NCBI RefSeq assembly: GCF_009914755.1
Contig: NC_060925.1
Source of the DNA: the human T2T-CHM13v2.0 reference genome, Homo sapiens
DNA length: 64,000 nt
Reading direction: 5' to 3' (one strand)
Shown here: in pieces, positions 1 to 15,862 of the stretch
Numbering within the stretch: the first letter of the stretch is position 1
How the letters are laid out: each line of letters opens with the position of its first letter
Program-made: the position numbers and the translations under genes
The notes under the pieces: generated by a model
Told to the model about the DNA's origin: nothing
Database searches by the model: none
The model's input: only the letters and a program-made list of their open reading frames with translations

Positions 1-423
1 GATGAGAGGATACACACACCATGCACCAATGTTGAGAAGTTGCTAGAAGGTAAAAAATAAACGTCAACCTACAAACTCAGCATGTAACAAATTACCAATT
101 AGGTGCAGCATTCAAGAATAGCAAACATCACTCACTCTGCCTATTTCCAAGTTCAATAATTGGTTATCACATTCCACCACAACTTATATTTCTGTTGATG
201 TATCTTTCTAAAAATGCAATAAGCGTTCTCAAAAAAAAGTTATTTGAAAAGGATTAGTTAGAGAAGGTTTCATCAGACTGAACAGCTAGCTTCAAGGACC
301 CAACAAAAAGGGAATCCAGAGTAAGTTCACCAAATTCCTCGAGGATCCTCCAATATCCAGGATGCCCACAATAAGCCTAATGATTGAGTAGTGAGAGGAA
401 AGAGTACATGCAGTAAACAAAGC

Positions 424-838
<415 letters not shown>

Positions 839-1228
839 TAACTGGCCATTGTTTCTTCCCCTCCAGTCTTTAAGCAGACAGAGGTGATACATCAGATTTT
901 GCCTGTTTCCATCCACAGAATTACAACAGAAGCTAACTGTATAGAAATTACACTTCTAACAGAAATTGTTAAGTTGTTAATACTTCAGAATGAAAGAGGT
1001 CAGGAGAAGGGCTGCCTCTTCAGACACTTAAATCTGAGATGATTCAATTCAGCCCAGTGTTTGGGATGGGAAGTCAGTTCACACCTTCTAAAACAACAGT
1101 CCATGCAGGAAGAACCCAGCTGCTGGCTGGCTCACACTTGCAGATAAGCTGGTTTTCAAGAAAATGACTAAAAGGAAAAGTTTCTTTTCAAAAACTATAT
1201 TACCATCTTCTTGCTTTTTTAAAAAAAT

Positions 1229-1566
<338 letters not shown>

Positions 1567-2190
1567 TAACTGAAGGCAGTTAAGCCACCACTCAATAAAC
1601 CATAATGTATAAAATATACATATAAAGTCCCACACATAACAATTTAGAGAAGGCAAAAAACAGCTATGTAATATAAACCTTTATAGGATGGATTGAAAGA
1701 TAAATTCAGTCCAATACACATTTGTTGTTTCATGTTACAATCATGGATTTTAAATCTACCTCTTTAATTGCATTAGAATGCATTATACTATAATGTTTAA
1801 AGCTATCACACTCAAAGAAGTTGTGATAGTAACACCTTTGCAGCATCAAGCTACAGAATATGACCACATTGTGCCTTGGAATAATTCTGAGAAAATGTTC
1901 CACAAACCCTGAAATGTAGCCTTAATTAAAGGCAGAATAAAAGCTGCTATTTCCTCATATAAAACTGTAATTATACAAGCATGAGCAGTTTGCAAACAGC
2001 TTTGAGAAATCTACCACCCAGCCACCAAAAATCACTAACTTTGCATTTTTCACGTAAGATAACTTGAAATAAAAAGGGAGCATTACTAAGGGATCATTTA
2101 AGTAAATCTAACTTCTCACTCTGAGAGGCCAGCAACACCATGATCAAACAGAAAATGGAATTTCACATGCTGCTCATAACTATGTCTTAC

Positions 2191-2288
2191 CTTGCACAGC
2201 TAGGCCGGCTAGCCGAATCACCTGGTCCAATGTACATCGTAATCGCCCTTCAAGCACATCTTTTTTGACTTGCAGGTAATACTGATAT
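2191..2288 (-). CDS. PTPN14: PTPN14 exon 4 (98 nt), (R)[37 protein letters not shown]2 lobe
   Basis: Acceptor CCTCTATTCCCATGAACAG|A completes the AG|A Arg codon from exon 3. Donor CAAG|GTAAGA. FERM motif YYLQVK.D.L.GRL.C. Confidence 0.98.
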
Positions 2289-5200
2289 CTGTTCATGGGA
2301 ATAGAGGAACAAACAACCTTAAAAACACATACTTGGAATATATTCCCACAACACAGATGCCTCTAGATGTAAAACCTTGTGTACACAGCAGGACATGCCT
2401 GTGATGCTGATAAAGGTCATTTCTATAAAAGATGGAAAGTGACCTCTGCCTGTGTTTATCTTTGTTTGATGTAGCAGGTGCCACATCCTGTTCATTCTGA
2501 GCTTGAGAGGATTCTCATCACATCACTTATTTGTAGGCCAGCGGGATAAACCACTGATAAGGACCAGGTCCTCATAACAGAATCCGAGAATGAAAATACT
2601 TTTGCACACCTGGAGACCCACGACAACACGACTGCCAAAGCTACACTCAACAGTGTGCGTTCCTGAATGCATTCTAGAAACACATCACCTTTCAAACTCA
2701 AAAGTTCGGTAAGGCAGATCACAAACAGGCCAAATAATTTGTAATTCCACTAAAAAATCAAATACAGTTTTCACCTTACACATCTGTGAATCAGAAAAAT
2801 CTAATCTGATGCAACTTTCGAAACTGAAGTAAATTCTCAAACCAGCAAAGTACAGATGGACAGAATCGTGCCCAAACACATCAAGTCTCAGACTAGACAA
2901 GTGCCCTCAGGAGCTAATACAGTGTACTGTTTCCCTACCAATAAAATAGCCCTCTTAGAATTACCTAAAACATTTAGAAAACTTCTCACTCAAGACGTTT
3001 ATTTCCCAGGACTCCACTTCCTTTGCCCATACTCTCAACACATAGTCACAACGACAACAATCACATTTCTCTAGCATTAATTCCTGGTAAATGCTAACAA
3101 TCCTTTTGCTCCTGGTAACTGTAACTCTGTATTTTAACTTCACTTTGGCATCTCAATCAAGGGAACCCATAAGTGAACCAAAGCCCAACTTTCCTGGAGA
3201 GAGGCAATCGGCGCTGAGAGCTAATTACTGCTGGCTCTACCATGTTGATGTCACAGGCATCATTACACATCAGTCAATCCAATGCCTGTTTGAGGGAAGG
3301 AACTGGGCTCCGTGCATGCTCCAGTAGAGTCCTTCTTCTCTCCTCTTGGGTGTACTAAACAGGATAAAGACAGCCATACCACTCTTTGGTGGGAAAAACC
3401 TATACTCAAATCAGAAGGGCAAACACTGGGAGTTACTTAAAAATCCTTTTTAGTCAAACCTAATATGGGCTAGAAAAAATCACGAAGCAAAACAAAAAGC
3501 AAAATCTCAAGGTAGAAAAGAATGGTAAATTTCACTGATTCCTACTAATTATAAAATGTTTGAATCTCATCTACATGCCATTCATTCCTTCTCATCTTTC
3601 TGGAGTGGTTTTGACTTATTTGCTGCTCTCCAAGCCAGAAAGACAAACAGATATTTTAACCCATAGCTATCATTCATGCACTTTCTATGGGTGTAAGTCT
3701 GCTAGATGCTGAGTAGTATCTTGGAGAGTGCTAAAACAGTCTCCACCTTACAAGGATGCACATATCTTTTTGATCGCTGTGATCATGTTTTTGTCTAGTG
3801 TACTATCTAAGGATTCAGTGATTAAGAACCAAGGAGTAAAACATCTGAAAAGGTGTTAACCTGGCATCATCTGCCAGAGGTAGAGCTTTGTTACCTGTTA
3901 CCTTGGAGATGAAAATGATCAGCTAAGATTATTTATTAGAGAATACCTTTGGGAGTTGACCAGTAACCAATTAATCTGCCACCAAAACAACAGCTCTAGT
4001 TCTTAAAAATCTGCTGCTTCCAACTTTCATCTACAGCTACCATTTGTATAATGTGTCAGCAAGTTCTATTACAGATCCATTCTATCCTAGGAAACAGTGA
4101 CTCACAATCCACTAGCAAGGAACACCAGGAACGTTCCTAATCATGTAGGTTGGGTGTAGGATTTTGCTGGAATATAAAAATAAGGAGCTGAAGCAAGCAG
4201 GGCTCTCTCCTGGAAGCCATCCAAACTAGGAGAGAATCTAAACAGCAGCAATGATAGGGTGCTATTACCACGAGATTGTGGGTACTACTGTGTAAGACTG
4301 CAGAAACGAGAATGAAATTCAAACCACTTTGAAAATTGTTTGGCTGGTACAATTTTGCACAAAAGGCAGTTTTATAAAATATTATAATTCTATCGAATAT
4401 GATGACTAAATTTGACAACAGGAGTTGAAATTCTATTTCTAGAATGCCTGCTCTTTGCTTATTTCTCATTAGCGATTCAATTATAACAGTAGTAAAATAT
4501 AACAGTGAATTCTATTTTGGAAGCATGCAATTTCATGGAAGTATACTCCACCCTGTCATAGCTTTGGGTGGAGGGGAAAAGGAAAAAAAAAAACAACAAT
4601 TTTCATGCCAGGAAAGTAAGCATTTGCCAACTTTCCAAAGAGATCCTCTTTGAAAATCCAAGCTCACAAGGAAAACTTTTTAATATTTTTCATATTCAAA
4701 GACCTGGAAATAGTCCATCTGACTCTTGAGGCCCAATGAATGGTTTTAGGTTAGGATTCTGCTCTGCCTCTAAGAATTGGTGAACATAATTTTGCTTCTC
4801 GAATGAAGGTAAAATTTTGTATTTTCAAATTTTTAAATTTTGTTTTTAAAGATTAACTTTTTATTAAATACAGATTTGTCGGGGTGAAATAAAAAAGGCG
4901 TCCTAATAATCAGTGTTATCTATTGGGAACTAACATGCTATGACCTAGTCTCTGGGGGCCTCATCTATCTAGAATCTCCTCATCCGATGGTAAGAAAATA
5001 AGTGACTTATCCAAGTCACTTCCTCCCATAGGAGTTTGAAAAATCAAGTTTGAAAAAATGCCCTGTTGGGTCAAATCAACAGAGCCTTCAGTACTTTTGA
5101 CAGAGTATCAAAGGATCCCTTCAAAATTATAGCCCATAACAATATCTTCAACATTTAGAGATGAATTGCTAAGATCTTCATGCTCTCTTTTAAATTCATG

Positions 5201-5569
5201 TATGAGGAATTTATCTCAGCACGTCTGCAACTGTGTTTTACTTGCAATTCTGTTCATGCTTCTCAGAGTGAGCAGGTCCGTGTGGTGTTCTGAAAGCATG
5301 GGCTGTATTACCACAGAACTACAAATAAGGCACCAGGAACTCAGAGGCCGGGTACGTGTTGCTTTTAAAATATTTCACCCACCCCTCCCCACAAGTGAAA
5401 TCTTCATTCCAAGTCCAGTTCAGCAGACGTGCCCAAAACAGGAGAGAGCCATGTAAAACGGTTAAAGCCTTGGCATCTGATTTTGGTCATACTACCACCC
5501 TAGGATGCAACATGCTCAGCGTAAGTCACAGGATGGTGAAGACAGGAGGAGCAGGGCCCTTGCCACGGT

Positions 5570-5932
5570 TCCAAATGTCTGCTGCCTTCCCAACAGGGTC
5601 ATGCCTGCCTACCTCATTACTCCTGGGACTAGCTTTGGGGCCAGTGAAATGGGAATGGAAGCGGGAAGTGATTGTTGCTCCCAAGCAAAAGTGTCCAGAG
5701 CCAGTGACCGGTTCTCCACCTCTGCTTCCCTTTGCTCTGAGGCCTGCAGTGAGCAGGGAGGGCAGGCTGCTCAGTGAGCCTGAGCCCTGGGCAAAGACAG
5801 CTGGGAACAGAGCCTCAGACGACCCACAGTGGATCTGTCAGGTGGGCAGCAAATAAACCTTTGTTTGTGAAAGCCACAGAAGCTTGGGGGCCATACATCA
5901 CTGCAGCATGATGGAGCCTAAGCTATTTAATA
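5570..5932 (+). mobile_element. MaLR LTR (MLT1I/J/K-like), degenerate
   Basis: MLT1-type 3' end: AATAAACCTTTGTTTGTGAAAGCCACAGAAGCTTGGGG...ACTGCAGCA... Confidence 0.6.
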
Positions 5933-7363
5933 AGGGAAGGATTTTTAAATTCCCAGTCCAATCCTTTCATTTCTTAGAGAAGGCAACTGTGTTGAGGGAG
6001 GAGAATGACTTGTCCAAGGTAATACTGCTTCCTTAAAGACATGGCCACAACCAGATCTGGGCATGAACAACCACAGGGATGAAGGCAGGATCTGATCCCT
6101 GCCCATTCTGGGCAAACCACCAATTTCACTGAAGTCTAAAAATAAAAGTGAAAATAAAACACCACTACCCGGTGATTTTTATGATGCTTCTAAAGAAGGG
6201 CTTCAATCACCAAGCTTTTCTCCACCCCTACTTAGACAGTCTGAGCTACAGCATATGAGGCAAATGTTGAAATGAGAAACTTTTCCATAAAAATCCTATT
6301 ACAGGACATGTTTCATATTGTGGCCAATGGTTATTCAGATCTGTTTTTTCTCCTGGCAGCAGCCTCTGAGATATTTCACTTTTCTGCCCCAGAGATAGAA
6401 GGAAGGGAAAGAAGACTGAGTTATACATTTTAACTACATGTTAATTTTCGAAGAAGGATGGAGGGATAGAAGTAAAATCTACAGACCAGAGTTTCTGATT
6501 GTAGGCTCCCATCTGGAAGGAGTGGCTATGTCCAACAGCAGGTACAAACTGGGCCCTTATGTGTATATATTTCTAAATGCAGATTTTTAAAAAGTAAAAT
6601 GCAATTCATCGTCAGTATCACACACAGGCGTTTACTTGTTTGCACTGAGCAGCTTCTATATTATCGATCATAAAAAATGTTATCCAAATTTAATAGCACA
6701 TATCAACTATTCATTACTCCTTCTCCCCCTACTCTCAAGGAGGTCTGAGTAAGAAAGAAAACTTTCTTTCCTAATTTGAAAAACAGGTTAGTGAAAGCAC
6801 TCTGTAAGCTGTAACTACCAACCTGCAGAATCATTATCATCACACACGGCTCCTGGTCTGCTCTTCCCTCCTCTAGAGTTCAAATTTAGTTAAACCAACT
6901 TATCTCTCCCCATAGGCACGGTCAGTAGGGATGTGACAATTTGGAGAGAGGGGCCATCCTTAAATTCCTCACTTTTTGAAGCCTTTCCATAAAACTACTG
7001 GAGTGGAGGACCAGACCAGGACCCGGAAAGACAAATTGTCCTGTCACTGTTATGAAGAGCAGGGTAAGACTTAAAATGTGCTTTCCTCACTAGAAAACTT
7101 TCTTCATAACTAGCAATATCAGAGGAATCTTGCTAGAATGTACTGGAACCCAGTTCTCCCAAGTGCAGCATGTACCAAAGTGCCAGACAGCATTGGTTTC
7201 TGGCTGATGTTATATTCTGCAAATGGAAACGTTTCTCTACTATAAAAGACAAAAAAAAGAGGGAAAAGAGACAAGTAGTCCTAGAGTCCTGGGGTACAGG
7301 AGAGCAAAGGGGAATAATTTAAAATCTTAGATTGACAGAGATACCCATAGGAAGGAACCAACA

Positions 7364-7378
7364 CATTCCATCCATTCC
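7364..7378 (+). promoter_or_regulatory. Tandem TEAD (MCAT) site CATTCC-atc-CATTCC
   Basis: Two CATTCC motifs with a 3-nt spacer, the cooperative TEAD arrangement. Confidence 0.6.
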
Positions 7379-8544
7379 AGCGGGTGTTCACAGCTGTAAA
7401 TCCAGATAAAGGACAGGGTGGCCCATGCTGTTCTCGGTCTGCCAGGACCAGATAAATACTATGTATGCAGGCATGCAACCAGATAAACCTGAATGCCTCC
7501 CTCCCTCCATCCCTCTATCCTCAAAACTCTTGAGAAGAATTTCAGTTTATGACTATTAAAGTCTAATAATGCGTTTGGTACCTGACCCATGCACTATCTA
7601 AAAGCTTTTACATTTAATGACTGTTCAAGTTGACAGTCAATTAAAAGTCTGCACTGTCTAACAAACTACAAAGCGAATACTCCTGCAACTATGCAAAACT
7701 GAAATAACCCCATAGGGAGGCGGAAAACACAAACAAACAAAAGGAAAAGCTACAACTAAAACTCTAGCAAAGATACCCTTAAAAGGGAAAGTTTTTCTTC
7801 TAGGCTTTTTCATACTATAAGCTAATACATGTACATGCATGAGAAGAAAAGCATGTGCATATACCCAAACACAGACAAGATTTTCTTGGCAAACGTTCAA
7901 GTCTAGAAGTTTTCAACATTCATTGATCAATAAATACCCTATTTTGCCAGAGACACCCAACTTCTTAATAAGATTCCTTCAGTTTCAATGAGCCAAAGGA
8001 TTGCAATTATTTCCTAAAAAGGATAATATTTGTTTAAATGCATACAAAGACACACACAGGCCTTAACTAGTGAAAAAAAGCCAATGATAGCAAGGTGTTG
8101 CAAAAGAGAAAGACATGCCACGACCTGATCCTTGCTTTCTGCTCTTGAACTCTTGCATTAATTATAACAAATTACAGGGAATCCAAGTACTGTTTATAAG
8201 TATAATAAATTCCCTAATAGTAGCCTATCATCTAATCAGGGGTTCTGTTTAGAAAAGAAAAACTCATTTCTGAAATACACCATACAGGGAGAGAGAATGT
8301 CCTGACACCACTTCTTTCTGTCCTATCCTATGCTATTGGGTACAGATTTCTTTATAGCAATCAATCCATAGCATTTAAAAGGGCCCGACATGGTTCCCTG
8401 CTGAGGGCTGTGATGCCCTGAATTAGGAAAACATGCCAACAGAAGTAGAAATAGTTAGCATCGAAAGAAAATACTGTGCTAAAGTGTTTGATGTTAAAAT
8501 GAAATGAGTCTGTTTTGATCTGTCTTAAAAATCTCCAATGACTT

Positions 8545-9145
8545 GGGAAAGTTTTTCAGTTCCTTCAGAAGTTAAACATACAATTATCACATGATTCAGC
8601 AATTATGCTCCTCAGTATATAGCCACACAAACTGAGAACACATGTTCACACCAAAACTGATACATGAATGGCAATGTTATTCACAACAGCCAAAAAGAGG
8701 AAACAACCCAAAAGTCTAACACCTGATGGATGGATAAACAAAATGCGGTCTCTTCAAACAATGGAATATTATTCAGCCATAAAAAGAATGATATATTGAT
8801 ACATGCTGTAACATGGATGAACTCTGAGGCATTATGCTAAGTAAAAGATGCCAGACACAAAGAGTCACATCTGTGTGATTCCATTCATAAGAAATGTCCA
8901 GAATAGGCAAATTCATAGAGACAGAAAATAGACGAATGGTTGCCAGAGGTTGAGGGAAGAAGAGGCTGAGGAATGCCTGCTAACATTTTGAAATTAGACA
9001 GTGACAGTGGCTGCACAACTTTGTTAAAACACTAAAAGTCACTGAATTGTATACTTTAAAGTGGTTAAAATGATGGATTTACTCAGCACCATAAGAAAGG
9101 GTGAGGAGAAAAAAAAAATTTAATGGTGAATTTACATTATGTGGA
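8545..9145 (+). mobile_element. L1M (L1MB-like) ORF2 end/3'UTR fragment
   Basis: CACAACAGCCAAAAAGAGGAAACAACCCAAA, ATGGAATATTATTCAGCCATAAAAAG, GAATAGGCAAATTCATAGAGACAGAAA motifs. Confidence 0.88.
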
Positions 9146-9199
9146 TTTTAGCTCAAAAAAATCAGAACAAAACACCCAATGATCCTAATCAGGAAAAAA

Positions 9200-9606
9200 T
9201 CCAAACTCTTGACACAATACACCAGGCTCTTCACGATCCAGTCAAAACTATTTTTTTTTCCAACTTCATATCTCACCACACACCCCATACCTGAGCTGTC
9301 GTAAGTGTGCGGTGCTCCCCAATAGTTGCCATGTTCTTTCCTGCCTCCTCGCCATTTCCTTGGTCTAACCACCCTTGCCTATCCTCCATTTGCCCAATCA
9401 TCTGTCCATGCTCCAAGGCTCAGAGGAAATGTATCTCCTCTCCAAAAGCTTCCCAAACCCTCTCAACAAGTTAGTGAACCCTTTCACATCCGCCACTATA
9501 CTTCCCCCAGGCCTCTCCTGCACTAGCACCAGCGCCTCCCCAACTCTGTCGTGATCAGTACCTGGCACTAAGTAGAAGCTCAATAAACATTTCTGAGTAG
9601 ATGAAA
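9200..9606 (+). mobile_element. L2 3' fragment
   Basis: Ends in L2 tail CAGTACCTGGCACTAAGTAGAAGCTCAATAAACATTT. Confidence 0.6.
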
Positions 9607-10574
9607 TACTGACAGAGAGACAAAGACAGAAGAAAGGAGGGAGAAAGGGAGGAAGATTAATCACCTCCTAGCAAAGCTATTAGATGCTATTTCTATAATA
9701 TGAAAGAGCGCCTAAAAATTCTAGAAATGGAACTCATCACACATCAAGCAGGAAGTCTTGGGAAACTTGTCTTTATGCAAAGAGCAAAACTACTCATTCA
9801 GTGTGAAATGTTTATTTATTTTTAAATGACTTAAACTGATCTCTGAGCCACCATGCAGCAAAGAAAGAACTCAAGGATGAATCACAGTCAGGGACCAACA
9901 GCATTAAACCAGGTGGGCAAAAGGAGCACAGATCAGGGAACACCAATGCTCCATGCTAACCGGCCAACCAAAACTACTCCTCTAAATTGCAGCTGTCAAC
10001 TACGGAGCCTCATCCCTCTTACACTAGCAATAAATATGTCTTGACTCATCAGCTCAAAATACATATCTGCCTGCCCTGAAAATCGTGTGTTCATAATATT
10101 ACCTACAACTCACTGTGGGAAAAGGGAACTCAAATTATATCTGGAAGCCGGGTGAGTCAATTGCCCAAAGATCTGTCTTCCCGGTAAACGGCCACGTTCC
10201 CGGCTAAGGATTCTGCATAACATCCTTGAAGCTTTGGTGAGCTACCAGGCGGAAATACAGTGCTGTTATTACTGATATGCCTGGTCTGAAGGATAAAATA
10301 CATAAAAATCAACAAATGAAAGGCAAGAAGATCATCTCTGTGAATGGGCACAAGTTCTTCCCTAGAATCCCTAATTAAAGGTAGTCCCTACCTTTTCACA
10401 GGTAAGCAACTGCTAAAAGATGTCAACTCTCTGTCGATGAAGTAATGTCCCAGAAATGAGTAGGAAAACTATGTGCTTAATAAATGTCTGATGAACGAAT
10501 GAGGCAATGGAAGTAAATACTTAATTCTATATCCCTCGAGACTATGACAAAAATGGAAAGAATAGAATTTCCTG

Positions 10575-10925
10575 CCAAAAGCAGAGGCTCATGTCTGTCA
10601 TCTCAGCACTTTGAGGGGCTGAGGTGAGGAGATCGCTTCAGCCCAGACCAGCCTGGGCAACATGGCAAAACCCAAAAGAAACAAAAAAGGAAAGGGAAGA
10701 GGGAAAGGGGGGAGGGAGGGGAAGGAAAGTCAGCCAAACTAGCTGGACGTGATGGCATGCACCTATTGTCCCAGCTACTCAGGAGGTGGAGGTGGGAGAA
10801 CCAATTGAGCCCAGGAGTTTGGAGGCTGCGGTGAGTTGTGATTGGACCACTGCATTCCAAGCTGAGCAACAGAATGAGACTGTCTCCCCGCAACACCCCC
10901 CAAAAAAGAAAGATAAGAAAAAGAA
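10575..10925 (+). mobile_element. AluJ-like with expanded purine-rich middle linker
   Basis: Both Alu arms separated by a GA-rich tract at ~10674-10729. Confidence 0.88.
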
Positions 10926-11244
10926 ATTCCCAGCCCATGTTAAGTCATATGGCTAGGCACACTTCCGGTGACCACAGACTCTGTATGGATGGGAGTGCCA
11001 TCTACATTCCTTACTCCAGCATCTCTGTCACTGTAACCATGAGCCCACTTTCCAAGTTTTGTCCCTAAGAGCCAGCCAAGCCTAACTTTAAACTTTGGTT
11101 GATGCTTTGTTTACTGGCCAGTCTAAATTTTGAAAATTTCTAATTGCTGGCTTCTAGGCTTTCGTGCTTCATCACTGCAGGTGCCCCTACTCACCCCATG
11201 CTCTCTTAATCACTGAAGGCGCATTTTCTCATATTCACAGCTTA

Positions 11245-11868
<624 letters not shown>

Positions 11869-12072
11869 TCAGAGTACCACACAAGTAACCCATATTAAAA
11901 GAACGTTTGAAAACACAGACATAATAAACAAACACAAAAGCTGGATGGAATGTTTATCAGAAATAGCAAAATAGGGGCTATCTGCTCAGAAGTCAGCAAT
12001 ATGAGAGATAATTCGGAGATCCTGCTGGATGACTTTAATTTCCATAGCATGGACCTGTGGTGAGACAATTGA

Positions 12073-12687
<615 letters not shown>

Positions 12688-14557
12688 TAGCCCAGAAGTA
12701 CCTTGAAGGCGGGAACCACCTCTCTCTATTCTACAATTCACAAACTCAGTAGATGATCCTAGACTTGGTAGTTGCACAAAAAGCATTATGATCATTTACT
12801 GACTCAGAGACACCCAGTGGGTAAAAAAGAATGCTTTTCTGGAAGTTAGCCACCCAAATAGGTGGCATAAAACAACACTGGACTCAGCAGAAAGAAAAAA
12901 ACAAAATCACCTACACTCTAGGTATTACATAATATAAAGCCTTTCCCCAGTCAACAAATTGGAATAACTCATTCCGCCCTCTGTGTTCCCATTGATTTTG
13001 TAACTCTAACATGGTACTGATCAAACAACTTAATTATGTGCATCTATTTTGCCTCCTTTGCTGTTTTATAAGACTGCCTTGTTCATGTCTGTATTTCCCC
13101 CAACAGACCGCCTTACTATGCATTCACATTAAAGCAGGATATTATTATGGCCACATATTTAAAAGACAGTCAGTTACATACTGGCTGAAAGAAACTTTAC
13201 GTTGTTCCTAGTGTACTATGAAAAAAATAATAAAAACACACCACATGTCTATCAAAAGCTTTGGAAGAACTGAATTCTCCACAATTGGAATTTTTATCAA
13301 TTTCTCTAGATATTAAGAAATCAGAGCCTTCAAATAGTTATTAACAATGATAGCCCTTTGCATTTGCGCAGTTGTTTTCCAAGAATTGTCATGTATAATA
13401 TTTCCTGTCATTTAATATTCGCAACAACCCTGCAAGATAGCCACTATCCCATTTATCCACGGGGAAACGGAGGCTCCCAGGGGGTAGGTGACTTGCCAAG
13501 TCTTCTGATTTTACAGTCAAGTGCTCTTTTATTACAACATTGTGCCTGTGTAGTAGGTTAGTCTATAGTTTCTACAATCTGGAGCATAAATCGCAAAAAA
13601 AAAAAAAAAAAAAAAAGGAAGGAAGAAGAGAAAAAAACTACAGAAGGCTATAAACAGATCACAACATGAATCCATTGACAACATAATGAATTTTTAATGT
13701 TAGAAATGAATAATTTTCTTTTGCAGAATCTTCAAAGCAGCTGAAGACATCAAATGTGGCAACAACTGCCAGAGATAAAATACCAAACCAGCAAACATCT
13801 CACTGCCCAAGAATCTAGTATCTTCCTATGCTGTGATTTCTGCCAAAATCATGCTTGATATTTTCAAGCATGGAAATGTCTCTCTACAATTCTTCCTTTC
13901 AAACCCTTCTTGAGGCTCTAGGATTAAAGGAGGAGATACTTCATTTGTTAAATGCAATTTAAAAATCATTTTGAACATCCTTTCTTCTTTTAGAGTTTTA
14001 GTTTTCTAATTGCCTTAGTTTCTACAAGACCATCTTTTATAACTCTTGACACATAGTAAACTTTAAGTTAGAAACTGTAACTTCCTAGAGAAAAAAAAAA
14101 ATGATGGCCAAAGTGACAAGTAACTACACATAAATATAGGAAACCTTTTGTTTAGGACATGGGTAGAGGGATGGAGGATTGCCAAGCAGAGAACTATAAT
14201 TCCCAAATCAGAGAAATTCTTCAATTCTTTCATTTCATGAAAGAAGGCTGCTACAAACACACTCCTCCTTTTCATCCTAGACTTAAGAACTTAAAACTCT
14301 CTCATTAGAAACCAGAATAGGAGCGCATTAAATGTCTCTTTAGGAACCAAAAATTCAGGGGCGTGAAGCCCAGGGAAGATGCCAGTGTGGGGCAGTCAGT
14401 GGCTGTACGGGGCACACCCTGCGGGCATCAGGCCATATTCAAAGGAGAGCACTCTCCAGAAAAGAAGTACTAAGTAGGTATTCAAATTCTCTCTTTAAAA
14501 ACAAAAATAAAATAAAAAAATCTCAGCAGGCTTCTCCTAAAAAAAATTATGATTACA

Positions 14558-14897
<340 letters not shown>

Positions 14898-15071
14898 TTA
14901 ATGTTCATGAAACCAGCACAAAATGTATTGAATAGAAATCATTATAAAAGCTGTCAGATTCTATTAAATTAGTATAATGATTTCTTATCCTTTTATAGTA
15001 CTTTCATTTAAAAAGTAAACCAACTTAGTTTACTGGTAAAATATCAGAAGTATATACATACATATATTCCA

Positions 15072-15862
15072 TTATTTATTCATTCATATTTGACAAAAGC
15101 TTAATGAGCACCTACTACATGCCAGGAGTTATTCTAGGCACTAGGGATATCACAGTGAACAAAACAAACCCATTCTCTGCTCTTGCTCATGGAGCTCACA
15201 GTCTAGTGGGGAAGACAAGCAAAAATCAAGTAAATAAACAATAGGTCCAATGAGAAAAAAGCAGGCAAGAGACACAGAGAGTAGCAAGGTAGGAGGTGGT
15301 CAAGAAAGGTTTCTCTAATAAAAGCGAACTCTGAGCAAAGATCTGAAAAAAAAATGAGGAGCTAGCCATGTGGATATTTGGGGGATGGAGGTTTTCACTT
15401 CAAACAAAGGGAATGGCAAGTAGAAAGGCTTTCAGGAGAGCTAGTGTCGTGCATTCATGAATGTTCAAGAGGTCAATGTAGCAAAGAGTGAGCAAGAGGA
15501 TGAATCGTTGGGCTGACAGAAAAGGCAGGAAGTGGTACAAACCACAAAAGGCCTCGCAGGGCACGGTAAGGGTTCTGACGACAGTAAGATGGGAAACCAG
15601 TGGAAGGTACTGAGCAAAGGAGCTGCATAAACAGGCACCCATTTAACAAGATGGTACTGGCTGCTTTGTAGACACTGGACTGGGAGGGGCAAGGGTGGAA
15701 GCGGAAATGCCAGTCAGAAAAAATGACAGCAGACTGGATTAGAGAGGTTACAGTGGACGCAGAAGGAAGTAGTCAGAATCTAGACATATTCTGAAGGCTG
15801 GATGTGGTGTATGGGAGAAAGAATTCAAGGATGACTGCAAGATTTTTGGCCTGAGCAACTAA
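15072..15862 (-). mobile_element. L2 3' region
   Basis: Reverse L2 tail ATTCATTCA...TGAGCACCTACTACATGCCAGG...CTAGGCACT through CAAGGATGACTGCAAGATTTTTGGCCTGAGCAACT. Confidence 0.85.

Noticed and set aside
5356-5856. 166-aa ORF
   Set aside because: GTG start, largely overlaps a degenerate MLT1 LTR, no recognisable domain or splice structure.
6304-6313. Other p53-like decamers (GGACATGTTT at 6304; also near 2391, 8111, 56320)
   Set aside because: Isolated half-sites with no adjacent second decamer of good match.
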